Position numbers and translations under genes: made by a program | From: Octopus vulgaris | Taxonomy: Eukaryota | Length of the DNA: 64,000 nucleotides | Direction: 5' to 3' | Assembly (NCBI GenBank): GCA_951406725.2 | Contig: OX597820.1 | Coordinates: forward strand, 46,810,001 to 46,874,000 | The notes under the pieces: generated by a model | What the model saw: only the letters and a program-made list of their open reading frames with translations | Told to the model about the DNA's origin: nothing | Databases searched by the model: none | Shown: piece by piece, positions 13,087 through 25,059 of the stretch | Layout of the letters: every line of letters begins with the position of its first letter | Position numbering within the stretch: position 1 is the stretch's first letter

Positions 13087-13110
13087 ATGTGTGTGTGTGT
13101 GAGAGAGAGA

Positions 13111-13146
<36 letters not shown>

Positions 13147-13181
13147 TTGTATGTGCGTATGTGTGTGAGAGAGAGAGAGAG

Positions 13182-13229
<48 letters not shown>

Positions 13230-13243
13230 TGCGTATATGTGTA

Positions 13244-13285
<42 letters not shown>

Positions 13286-13325
13286 TGTGTGTGTGTGTGT
13301 GAGAGTGTGTGTGTGTGTGTGTGTG
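13087..13325. repeat. Compound (TG)n/(GA)n microsatellite with higher-order duplication
   Basis: Direct reading; the gattgtatgtgcgtat unit occurs twice. Confidence 0.9.
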
Positions 13326-14639
13326 ATCTTTTAAAACAAAATTGAGCTAAGAGAAATAACTCAGAGTGGCTGGCGGCATGTATTTGTACAACAGACGTAA
13401 AATACATGTGCACCAAATACAATACAATACAAGTTTTTGATTTATTAAACTTACCACTGCCTCTACAGGGTGTGTCGCAGTTACCAGATGGTGATTGATA
13501 TCTGTTCAAGATTCAAGAATTTCTCCAAAACTGACATGCCTTAAAGGAAAAACAGGTTTATTGTCTAGAGATAAGAGGACCATCGTGTATAAGTGTTTCT
13601 GCCTTTATAGGCGTCATCAGCACGACATTTGTCATTTCTTATCTCCAGAAGTCAACAGACTAAAACGTCTTTTATATTTTACTTGTGTCAGTCATTAGAT
13701 TGCGGCCATGATGAGGCACCGCCTTAAGGAATTTTAGTCGATCTAATCGACCCCAATACTTATTATTATTTTCTTTGAAGCCTAATACTTATTCTATCGA
13801 TATCTTTTGCCGAACCGCTATGTTACGGGAACGTAAAACAAGCCAACATCGGTTGTCAAATGGTGGGGGACAAACACGCGCGCGTGTGCACGCATGCACA
13901 TATATGTGTACGACGGGCTTCTTTCAAGCTTTAGTCGGCCTGAGACTATAGTAGAAGATACTTGCCCAAGGTACCACGCAATGGGACTGAACTCAGTTCG
14001 TAGTACCTTGGGCAAGCGTCTTTTAGTATAGCCTCGAGCCTACCAAAGCCTTGTGAGTGGATTCGTGAGACAGAAACTGAAAGAAGTCCGTCCTAAAAGT
14101 GTAGATCACGTTTATGGCCTAATTAATATGCATATTTAAACAAAAATGTTTCAATCGTCATTTGCTAAATGTGGCACACCCTCAAGAAGTGGAGATAATT
14201 TTTTATAAACAAATATTTTATATTGTAAAGCATTTGATGTGCCTATATTTGTCGAAGCCTGTCCTATCCTTAACGGTGTGTCACTTTGGAGAATTCTTAA
14301 TTCTTCACATTATCTCTCTTTCTCATACGGAACTGGTCTTAGTTATCATTTGTAATAGCAATCTTAAGCCACAAGGAGATAGGTATTTAGTTTAAAGACT
14401 TTCTGCTTATCTCAGGATTCAAAACGTTATATAATTAACAATTTATGATTTTCCTATTTTATTTCCTACAAATAACGAATAGGTATCTAAGCATGATCTA
14501 GCTCTCTAGCCTACTTGAATTTCAGTATATTATTATAAGAGAGAAAAGGGTGCACGTTGCATATAAATTAAGTTGCAATCGTTTAAGTTTCGGTGGTTTC
14601 CACATCTGTGTTACCAATAATATACATATACATATGTGC

Positions 14640-14672
<33 letters not shown>

Positions 14673-15044
14673 AGCATATTTGTATACATACATATATGCA
14701 TGCATGCATGCTTACATAGTACTCATGCATCTACATATGCATACATACTGACATATATATACATAATCGGCCAGACTATTAGATTGTGTTACACATCTTT
14801 GGTCACAAAGTGCTCCGCATCGTTGTAGCCTTTGAATGGAGCCACCTTGCTGGCTAGGCGAGTAGGCCAACCCGCCACCCCACTAACTGAAAGTAGGACT
14901 AAAGCAACGTGAAATGAAGTGTTTTGCTCAAGAACACAACGCCCCGCCTGATCTGGGAATCGAACCCAATATCTAACGACCGGGAGTACAACAGTCTAAA
15001 CCACTAGACCACGCACCTTCACACACACACGTACGCACGCAGAC

Positions 15045-15131
15045 GTATGTATGTATGTATGTATGTATGTATGTATGTATGTATGTATGTATGTATGTAT
15101 GTGTGTGTGTATGTATGTATGTATGTATGTA

Positions 15132-15164
<33 letters not shown>

Positions 15165-15223
15165 ATGTATGTATGTATGTGTGTATGTGTGTGTGTATGT
15201 ATGTATGTGTGTGTATGTATGTA

Positions 15224-15260
<37 letters not shown>

Positions 15261-15376
15261 ATGTATGTATGTGTGTGTATGTATGTATGTATGTATGTAT
15301 GTATGTGTGTGTATGTATGTGTGTATGTATGTATGTATGTATGTATGAATGTATGTATGTATGTATGTATGTATGT
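15045..15376. repeat. (TATG)n/(TG)n microsatellite
   Basis: Direct reading. Confidence 0.95.
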
Positions 15377-15979
15377 CAACGATTTTGACAGTTCGCCAGA
15401 TGAATTCACATAAAACCCTTATCTCGAACTGTCTCTTCAGCTTGATTTAAATTATTCATTTTGCATTGTATACACTCACCGACGTACCCAGACCACTAAT
15501 ATTTCAACTCCATTTTACCAAAACATGTTGCGACCAGATTATACTGTCACCATTTCAGGATTTGGCAACTAACTGCCTTACACATTCACCCTGCCTTTGT
15601 TTTCTCATTCTCTTATCTACATTTCACTCCTTCTTCGGTCAGTGGTGCTAGGTGAAAAATATGAATACTTCCTCTGTTTTACGCTTTTCTATCATTATTA
15701 TTATTATTATTATTTTTTAATACTTCGTCCTTTTTTTTTTTTTTTTTTTTTAGTTTGCTAATGTTGGTACCCGTTTCGTTTAGATGTCAAACTTTGCCTC
15801 TCTCTAAATCTGATCATTGTTGATCGTTGAAGTTCTACAGCATTCTGGAACGTCTTTGTATATTCTATGTTCAAAGAGAAAGGAGAGTAAAACGTGAGAG
15901 GAAACAAAATATGACCAACACCAAGGAGAAAAGGTGATGAGAACCAAACACAAAAGGTAACAGGAACGCTCACACCTTC

Positions 15980-16780
15980 GCACGCATACGCACACACACA
16001 CAAACATACTCACTCTTACATACATACAAACATACATACGTACGTACATACATACATACAAACATACATACATACATACACACATACATACATACATACA
16101 CATGTATGTATGTATACATACACACATGTATACATACACACATAGATACATAGATACATACATGCACACTCATACATACACACACATACACACATACATT
16201 CTCACATACATAACACATACATACATGCATACATGCATACATACATACATACATACATACATACATACACACATACATACATACATACACATGTATGTAT
16301 GTATACATACACACATGTATACATACACACATAGATACATAGATACATACATGCGTACACACACATACATGCACACTCATACATACACACACATACACAC
16401 ATACATTCTCACATACATAACACATACATACATGCATACATGCATACATACATGCATACATACATACATACATACATACATACACATGTATGTATGTATG
16501 TATGTATGTATGTATGTATGTATGTATGTATGTATGTATAACTCAAATACACTCATACATACATGCATAAATACGTCTGTACATAGATACATGCATGCAT
16601 ACATACATACTTGTACACGATATATACATGCACATGTATGTATGTATGTATGCATGTTTGTTTGTATGTATGTGTGTGTATACATACATACATACATACA
16701 TACATACATACATACATACATACATACATACATACATACATACATACATACATACATACACACACACATACACACATACT
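15980..16780. repeat. Complex (CATA)n microsatellite with an internal duplication of about 190 bp
   Basis: The block starting catgtatgtatgtatacatacacacatgtatac recurs near 16101 and 16289. Confidence 0.9.
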
Positions 16781-17379
16781 ATATTACTTTTTGTTTCCAC
16801 ATTTGCTTCTTCTTATAAGTTCTAAAATATATTAGTTTTAAAATATACAATTTCGAGTCAAATTTGTTTCACATTATTATCAATCGTAACGAATAACTTT
16901 CAACATTCAGTGGTAGATTCTGATACAGACCTTTCACAACGTTAGTTACTATGGTAGATCATAAAAAGATTATTCCCTACATTGAAACGATAATAATATG
17001 AACATGTCATTTCATGAAATAAAGAGTCCTTATTTCTGCTCTACCTATACGACAGCATTGTAAGAATATCTTTTATTCTGACCAAAATTCTAAATTTTAA
17101 CCATGACTATGTGAACTAAATTTTATATGTTGCGTACAAGACCTTTTTTGATGCATAAACTATTGTTTGCCTCATTAGCAGTATTTATTCTATAAGAGAA
17201 AGATATTCAACAGATCTGAAAGTGTCTTTGATATTTTCTTGTTTGGAAATCAGGTTTTTCAAGCTATACTTTCAAGCTTACACGTTAATTAAACGACTTT
17301 AAGTTCGTTTAGATATTAACAGAAGGACGCTGCTAAGGTGGTCCTACGCGGTTACTCTGAAAGATCGCATCGATATTCG

Positions 17380-17496
<117 letters not shown>

Positions 17497-17508
17497 GTGC
17501 GTGCGCGC

Positions 17509-17702
17509 GCTGAAAAGTTCCTGGTTTGGGGTAAAAGAAAATACAAGAGGATCAGTTGTGATTTTATTAGACATTCCCCTCTCAGATTCACATACTTATT
17601 GCAACGGTCCTTCAGTTTTTCAAAGAACTCGGAAGATTGGGCCCCTATCCAGGCCGTTTGCGACACCCTCAAAGCCAGGAGCTTTTCAGCCACCCCCTCG
17701 TA
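17509..17702. mobile_element. Mariner MITE (about 200 bp), left TIR eroded by (TG)n
   Basis: TIR gctgaaaagttcctgg / ccaggagcttttcagc..ccccctcg-TA; internal RCNKYVNLRGE remnant. Confidence 0.78.
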
Positions 17703-17985
17703 TCTGTCGGTTTCAAAAGTTCTCTGTCTGTTAAATTTCCATTTTAAAAACAATAACTTAATAAGATAGCGGAATATTTAGATATGATAAAGTGATGGGT
17801 TACGTAGTTATTGTAGCGAACTTAAACTTTCTAATTATTAAAATTACACCTGTAATGAAGAAAAAGAAATATTAAGCGTTATTCAGGAACACACACACGG
17901 GAAGGGAGTTTGAAATCCAAGCGGCCCGTCTAAGAAATAAGCCCAGCGTGGTGGGGGTGGCTGTTGCAGTGAGTGTCACTGACCA

Positions 17986-17999
17986 TTCTCCGTGGCAAC
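17986..17999 (+). promoter_or_regulatory. Candidate RFX X-box
   Basis: TTCTCCGTGGCAAC resembles GTCTCCATGGCAAC and lies in a CpG-retaining unique stretch upstream of the candidate UTR exon. Confidence 0.25.
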
Positions 18000-18249
18000 G
18001 CCTTTGCATTTATATCTGCGACCTCCCCACCTTCACCATCGCTTACTGTTTAATATACCCCAACTTTTGCTATCATCCTTTCGGGGTCGATAAATTAAGT
18101 AGCAGTTGCGTACTGGGGATCGATCTGAATTTCGAGCCTTGTGCTTTTTTTTCTGTGTTTCCTTGATGAGGTAGTTATTGTTTTTGTTTCTTTTGACAAT
18201 TTGATGTTTTATACTTTAATGTGTTTTTTTCTTTCTTTTCTTCCTCTAG

Positions 18250-18308
18250 CGAAATAATCAATTGACTGCATTAACATAAATTAAAAATGAAATAGGAGAA
18301 TGCTATCG
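18250..18308 (+). other. Candidate non-coding 5' UTR exon of the FBXW10-like gene
   Basis: Long polypyrimidine tract ending ctag at 18249 and donor gtgagt at 18309; stops in all three frames. Link to the gene is inferred. Confidence 0.35.
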
Positions 18309-19785
18309 GTGAGTGAAAGTCTTTGGAAAGTACGATGACATATTTCTAGGCATATTTCAATATTATAATATCCTCTCTGCGAAGCGTAGTTTTACTCGTG
18401 CTCATCAAGTTCCAAATGACTTGGTAGAATGATAAATATCGTGAGCGAAAAACATTTATTGATTTGGCAACCTAGAATAAAGATGGGGCGGGGGAAAGAA
18501 AAGTTATTTTATGAGAATAAATTCAATTTAAAAGGTAGGTAACTCATGTATTTTAGAGTAGTCTCCCTTACAAAGTCTTCAATAATCCCTTAATTGGTTG
18601 ATTGTTCATATCTTTAAGTCTTAATTTATTTTGCAATTTCGTGTTTGCCGCATTTACAACTTTGTGACTACAGTATATAACCTTAGACGATATCCTTCGA
18701 CCTCGAAGACTGTTTTTTCTCGAAATGATCTGCACAAAAGTTATACACGCAGATGAATGAATTTGTAGATGCGTAGGCTAGTGGTTAGGGAATTAGACTC
18801 ACAGAGGTAGGTTCGATTCCCCAACCGAGTCTATTGGATTACATTATTATAGTATTGAGCCGTCTGTTATTATGATGTGTGTGTGTGGGGGGGTATGTGT
18901 GTGTGTGTGTGTTCATTTATTTTCGTCGAGTCAGTCTCTTGCTACTCTAAGTTGCGTCGACTGTGAGTGCACAGGGTCTTTCCGACAGTCAACACTAAAC
19001 GGTATGTATGTATGTATGTGTGTGTGTATGTATATGTATGTATGTATGTATGTATGTGTGTGTGTATGTATATGTATGTATGTATGTATGTGTGTGTGTA
19101 TGTATGTGTGTGTGTATCTATGTGTGTGTATGTATTATGTATGTATGTATGTGTGTATGCATGTATGTATGTATAACTACATGTTACATAGGTATATACG
19201 TGTATGTGTGTGTGTGTGTGTGTGTAACTGGCACTCCGTCGGTTACGACGACAACGGGCCCAGTTGATTCTATCATTGGAACAGCCTGCTCGTGAGATTA
19301 ATGTGCAAGTGGCTGAGCACTCCACACAGGCACGTGTACACTTAACATTAATCTCTGGGAAATTTAGCGTAATACAAAGTGTGACAAGGCTGGCTCTTAC
19401 ATATGCTGGTACTACCCATTTTTGCCAGCTGAGTGAACCGAAGCAATAGGAAATAAAGTATCTTGCTTACGGAGACAATGCATCACCGGGAATTGAACTC
19501 ACAAACTTACGATCGCGAATCAATTATCTTAAGCACTAAGCAACGTGCCTTTGCTATATGTATATGTTTGTGTGTGTGTGTTCGTGCGTGTGCGTGTGTA
19601 TATATATATATATAATAAATGAAAAATTATATATTTATATATACATAATAAATAATAAATAGTATATATATATATATATATTTATGTATGTATGTATGTA
19701 TGTATCTATCTATCTATCTAATAATATAAATAATATACATATATATATGCATATATACATACGTATATGTACATACATCTATACG

Positions 19786-19838
<53 letters not shown>

Positions 19839-19926
19839 CATAATAACAGATGGCTCAATACTATAATAATGTAATCCAATAGACTCGGTTGGGGAATCGA
19901 ACCTACCTATATATATATCCTCACAC

Positions 19927-20638
19927 GATACAGCTATGGGTCAGACCCGATTCTGATTCGTCAAAACATTGATGACGTCTTTCTTCCGTGGTCAAACTAC
20001 TCGTTCTGCTGGACTAGCTATCTAACAGGATACAGTCATGGGTCAGATCTAATTTTGATTCGTCAAAAAAATGATGACGTGTTTCTTCCGTGGCCAAACT
20101 GTCGTTCCGCATGGTTGGTTTCCTAACAGGATACAGTTAGGAGTCTTTTCACTATATTCGTTGAGACTGGGTTTTGATTGGTTTGGAACTATATGACGTC
20201 AGTGAACAGTGCAAGTGACCACAGCTTAGCTGAGCTGATATAAATCCAACAATCACAAAATTTACCAAAATTATGCAAGCAGACACCGACCAAAAATCAT
20301 TACTGTTGCTCCCATTGGAACACAAGGTAAAATCTAAAATGAACTCCTCGCCTTTTCAAGAACATGAATTTTTTACATTTGACTCTATTGAATGTATGTC
20401 ACAATTATGAACTATTACATCATACTCTTTAAACATATAGCATGGACTCTCTTTATTATATATGAATTCTTTTATATTTGACTCTATTGAATATATGTCA
20501 CAATTATGAACTATTACATCATACTCTTTAAACATATAGCATGGACTATCTTTTTGATAAGGTTCGTCATTTCAAGAACCGAAACATGTTAAATTAAAAT
20601 TTGTCTAATATAGCAGCATTTTCAAACTTCATTTTTTT

Positions 20639-20640
<2 letters not shown>
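19927..20640 (+). mobile_element. PLE-like non-autonomous element with about 102-bp tandem repeats, an internal duplication of about 95 bp and a hammerhead
   Basis: gatacag units start at 19927, 20029 and 20130; HHR at 20551-20593; inverted partial copy at 22905-23295. Confidence 0.62.
20551..20593 (+). ncRNA. Minimal hammerhead ribozyme, U3-A8 covariant
   Basis: UUU-UUGAUAA-GGUUC(10 nt)GAACC-GAAA-CAUG-UU^-AAA; palindromic AACAUGUU. Confidence 0.7.
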
Positions 20641-20685
<45 letters not shown>

Positions 20686-20686
<1 letters not shown>

Positions 20687-20815
20687 TTTATTTTAAGCAG
20701 CAGAAAATTCAACAAAATCTGTTACTCTGAGTTTCTCGTTGCCGTTCATCAGACAACGGCAACGAGAAACTCAGAGTAACAGATTTTGTTGAATTTTCTG
20801 CTGCTTAAAATAAAG
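20686..20815. repeat. Perfect 61-bp inverted repeat with 8-nt loop
   Basis: 20686-20746 is the reverse complement of 20755-20815; loop catcagac. Confidence 0.92.
20719..20756 (-). ncRNA. Minimal hammerhead ribozyme
   Basis: UUGU-CUGAUGA-ACG GCAA CGA-GAAA-CUCAGAG-UA^-ACAG; A.A mismatch at 10.1/11.1. Confidence 0.68.
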
Positions 20816-20884
20816 CATATTACTCTACCACTGGTATTTGAGTACTCTTTTTTCCACCTTGTTTCACATTTATGTGTTTACTCC

Positions 20885-20952
<68 letters not shown>

Positions 20953-22207
20953 TATATATGTATGTAGATGTGGACACAGAACGTCATGAAACGTGTACAA
21001 CAAAAAAATACGAAATACAAGTACATGGAATATGAACTATTTTTTCAAACACCGAAAGACACAAATGGAAAACAAGACAAACAACATAAAGAACGACCCT
21101 TCATCAGTAGCTGGCTGATTTTCTACTCTCGTATTTTGAGACTTTAACAACAATATATGCTTTTGATTAAACAGTTGCTCCCACAAAGCAAATTAAATAA
21201 AATTTGGGATTTTGCAGAGGGTCAAAATTGGTAACTTAAACAGGACAATGAAAACAAACAAAAGGCTGCTAAGCTTAAATGAGGTTGTGGTGGCAAACAC
21301 ATAAATCAAGCTTGGACAGAGACAGACAAGAACACATCTTCCTTGTTCCAGCTACATCGGAGAGAAAAAAAGAAACACAAATTAGGAGAATAAAGAAAGA
21401 TGGCCGATGGTCACATGGGATCCACGTGAAAAAGGGAGGTGGAGTGAGGGAGAGACAGTGACAGAGTAATAGGATAGAATAGTGGGAGAAGAGGAGGTAA
21501 AAGAATAAGAGAGAGAAAGAGAGAAAAACGAAAGAGTAAAAAGATTGTAAAGTGTACATATTAGAATTATTAAGATAAAACTTACTTGGAACAGGATGCG
21601 TAGTGTTCAATCATGTAATGATATAAATAATATCCCAAATTTTATTTAATTTGCTTTACGGGAGTAACTGTTTTATCGAAAGCATATATTGTTGGTAAAT
21701 GCTCAAAATACGAGAGTAGGAAAACAGCCAACAACTGATGAAGGGTCGTTCTTTATGTTGTTTGTCTTGTTTTCCATTTGTGTCTGTCACTATTCAAGAA
21801 AATAGTTCATATTCCATGTACATGTCTTGCAAACAACTTGCACATGTAAGTGCTACCAGTTAAAAGCTCCGTATACCGGAAGCTAGCAAGTGTATGGGGT
21901 CATCAGGAGAGAATGCGCGCCGTTTTAGGGCCTACCTCTCGACGGCATCAATGCGCACCGGCCCCCCCTCACTGATATGAGGCCCCGCTTGCTAGATCTG
22001 CTGGTTATGAAGAACTCAATATACTTCTAGCCATCGCTCATCGTCTCTTTTTAACCAAATCCAGTGGCTAGCCTTCTCCACTGTAGATTGGATATCAGTC
22101 ATGGTGGTATTGACTTTACGATGAGTTAAGCCTATCGATAACAACAGTCATCTCACGCTGTGTCCAACAAACCCTCTACATCTGTATTTCGTATTTTTTG
22201 TCCACCT

Positions 22208-22245
<38 letters not shown>

Positions 22246-22540
22246 CAGTGTACATTTAAACACATTAAGCGGTATCAATAATAGGCTAGAAGGAACAGCT
22301 AAAGTCCAAACCACTAATTAGGGATAAAAGGTTGAAGGGAATGAAAAATGAAAACATTTTGATTAATGATTTGGACTTTAGCTGTTCCTTCTAGCATAAG
22401 GGAGTCCTATGATGGATACCTCTTAATGTGTTTAAATGTACACTGTATTTTAAATGAATAATATATAGTCTATTGACTAATTTTTCTATACGCTAGGCCA
22501 CTGGTAGTAAAAATTTCTAAAATTTTTATTACCTTGGTAT

Positions 22541-22593
<53 letters not shown>

Positions 22594-22630
22594 TATATAC
22601 ATATGTATATGTACATACTTACATCTATAC

Positions 22631-22683
<53 letters not shown>

Positions 22684-22869
22684 CATACATATATATATAT
22701 ACATATATATATATACATCATCATCATCATCATCATCGTTTAACGTCCGTTTTCCGCTCTAGCACAGGTTGGACGGTTCGACCGGAGTCTGGGAAGCCAG
22801 GGCTGCACCAGGCTCCAGTCTGATCTGGCAGTGTTTCTACAGCTGGATGCCCTTCCTAATGCCATATAT

Positions 22870-22908
<39 letters not shown>

Positions 22909-22973
22909 AAAAATGGAGTTTGAAAATGCTGCTATATTAGACAAATTTTTAATTTTTATATATACATTATTTA

Positions 22974-23016
22974 TTTAACATGTTTCGGTTCTTGAAATGA
23001 CGAACCTTATCAAAAA
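22974..23016 (-). ncRNA. Second copy of the U3-A8 minimal hammerhead
   Basis: Reverse complement of the 20551-20593 motif with identical core and stem II. Confidence 0.68.
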
Positions 23017-23719
23017 AAAATTATATATAAAAAAGATAGTTCATGCTATCAAATATAAAAAATTCATATATAATAAAAAATTCATATATAGTGAAGCGAG
23101 TCCATGCTATATGTTTAAAGAGTATGATGTAGTAGTTCATAGTGGTGATATGCATTCAATATAAAAAATTCATGTTCTTGAAAAAGCGAGGAATTCATTT
23201 TAGGTTTTACCTTGTGTTCCAATGGGAGCAACTTTGATGACTTTTGGTTGGTGTCTGTTCGAATAGTTCTGGTGAATCTTGTGAATTGTTTGGGTTTTAT
23301 ATATATATATATATATAAATATGCATATATATATAATATAAATATGCATATGTGGGCATAGGGTGTCATGATAATTGTACAACAAGAAAAATACGAAGCA
23401 CAAATACATGGAATATGAGCTATTTTTTCAAAAAACTAAAGACACAAATGGAAAACAAGATATCCATCCATACATATATACAAACACATGCACTCATATA
23501 TATCTATACACACTCACATAGATATACATACGTGTATTTATTTGTGCATGTATGTCTCTGCATTTACTTGTTTCTACATGTATCCGTTTTAATGTTTCTA
23601 CAGTAAATAAGTTTAAAGCTGTTGATGAAGCAGTAATAAATCTTATAACATTATGCCATAAGTCACAGCAATTCTTAGTCAAAGTGACTATTGCTTGCTT
23701 TAAGCTGTGTGTGTATACA

Positions 23720-23782
<63 letters not shown>

Positions 23783-24119
23783 GTTAATGTCCACCTTTTA
23801 TGAACGCTCTTCATTCATTCTTATTCTATCAACTATACTCTTCCTCTCTCTCACTTTCTCTGAGATATATAGAAATAATACATTTCTAAATATCTCAGAG
23901 AGATTTATACAGTAGTGGTATGATAAAGTAGTTGTATACTGTCAACTCAATGTGACAGTCCCATGAAGGGAATGACACCACTGCTATTTAGCCCTAGGAA
24001 GCAGCAACGCTTCCTGTCGGCCTTGACACATTTCCTGCATCCTTATGTTTACAAGGAGGAGATAAGCACCCCACCCAGCTAAGCCTGCAGCCAGAGACTA
24101 GTTTCTGAGTCTTTGTTTG

Positions 24120-24369
24120 TCATATGACACGTAAAAGCACCATCCGTTCGTGGCCGTTCGCCAGCTCTGTCTGGCACCTGTGCAGGTGGCACGTAAAAAA
24201 CACCCACTACACTCGCGGAGTGGTTGGCGTTAGGAAGGGCATCCAGCCGTAGAAACACTGCCAGATCTGACTGGGCCTGACGAAGCCTTCCAGCTTCACA
24301 GACCCCAGTTGACCCGTCCAACCCATGCTAGCATGGAAAGCGGACGCTAAACGATGATGATGATGATGA

Positions 24370-24370
<1 letters not shown>
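24120..24370 (+). mobile_element. Short retroelement with (GAT)n tail, probably RTE-mobilised
   Basis: ggttggcgttaggaagggcatccagc...acccatgctagcatggaaagcggacgctaaacgatgatgat; other copies near 22735-22865, 31760-32160, 33825-34120, 37020-37370, 46965-47350 and 54140-54320. Confidence 0.75.
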
Positions 24371-24430
<60 letters not shown>

Positions 24431-24435
<5 letters not shown>

Positions 24436-24880
24436 TAAAGATAATTATGGCCAGTTTATGAGGTTACTCAGTATTTCGTGTCCATAAAGTGCTTGGGTTT
24501 ACAGTGTTTCTTCAGACTCTAATGGCTGGTAGAGAAAGAAAAGACCTCATGGCGAGTTGTTGGCCAAAGGAGAGGAGTCAAGTGCAAGGGATCGTCTTCC
24601 TTAAACTACTGTCTGTAATCGATCCTGTCAGCTTGTGGGTCCCAGGACTCTTTTGAAGTGTAAGCAGGGTCTGAAGACTTGTGTCCTGGAATTTAAGACA
24701 TCCCCTTGGTTGAGGCAATTCTTTAATATTCTTGCTTGTTCAGCTATGCACAGCTTGCAATGCTTACTCCTGTTGATGTAGGGGCGTGGTTTTTCTAGGA
24801 TCTTCCATGAGAGATTACATGTATGGTTCCTTTGTCTATACACGAGACATCCACATGAGATTGAGCATACATATAGTTCT
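24431..24880 (-). mobile_element. Penelope-like element 3' fragment (GIY-YIG endonuclease C-terminus)
   Basis: WKILEKPRPYINRSKHCKLCIAEQARIL...LNSRTQVFRPCLH; degenerate CUGAAGA...GAAA motif at 24460-24520; ends at (TA)n. Confidence 0.78.
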
Positions 24881-25059
24881 ACCAAGGCAAAATTAGCACT
24901 AATAAAGCTTCAACATAAAGGGACAAAACTAGAAGGTTTAGAGTACTTTGCTGTTTTTCTTTTCTACTGTATAAATTTTGTAAATAATTTTTGCATTTAA
25001 TTTTTGGTAGTTGGAAATGTATTTCATTTGATGTTTTATTTTTTTCCAGAAAACAAGGC

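Noticed and set aside
14996-16835. Many ORFs of the MYVCMYVC / HTYIHTYI type (also 12764-13509, 18872-19325, 45297-45870)
   Set aside because: Stop-free translations of microsatellites, not genes.
19927-20140. About 102-bp tandem repeats as CRISPR or tandem ribozymes
   Set aside because: Whole units are homologous, and the TGATGA in each unit has no downstream GAAA and stem III.
24991-25059. N-terminal extension shown in the ORF track
   Set aside because: Non-ATG start running through the polypyrimidine tract; intronic up to 25049.
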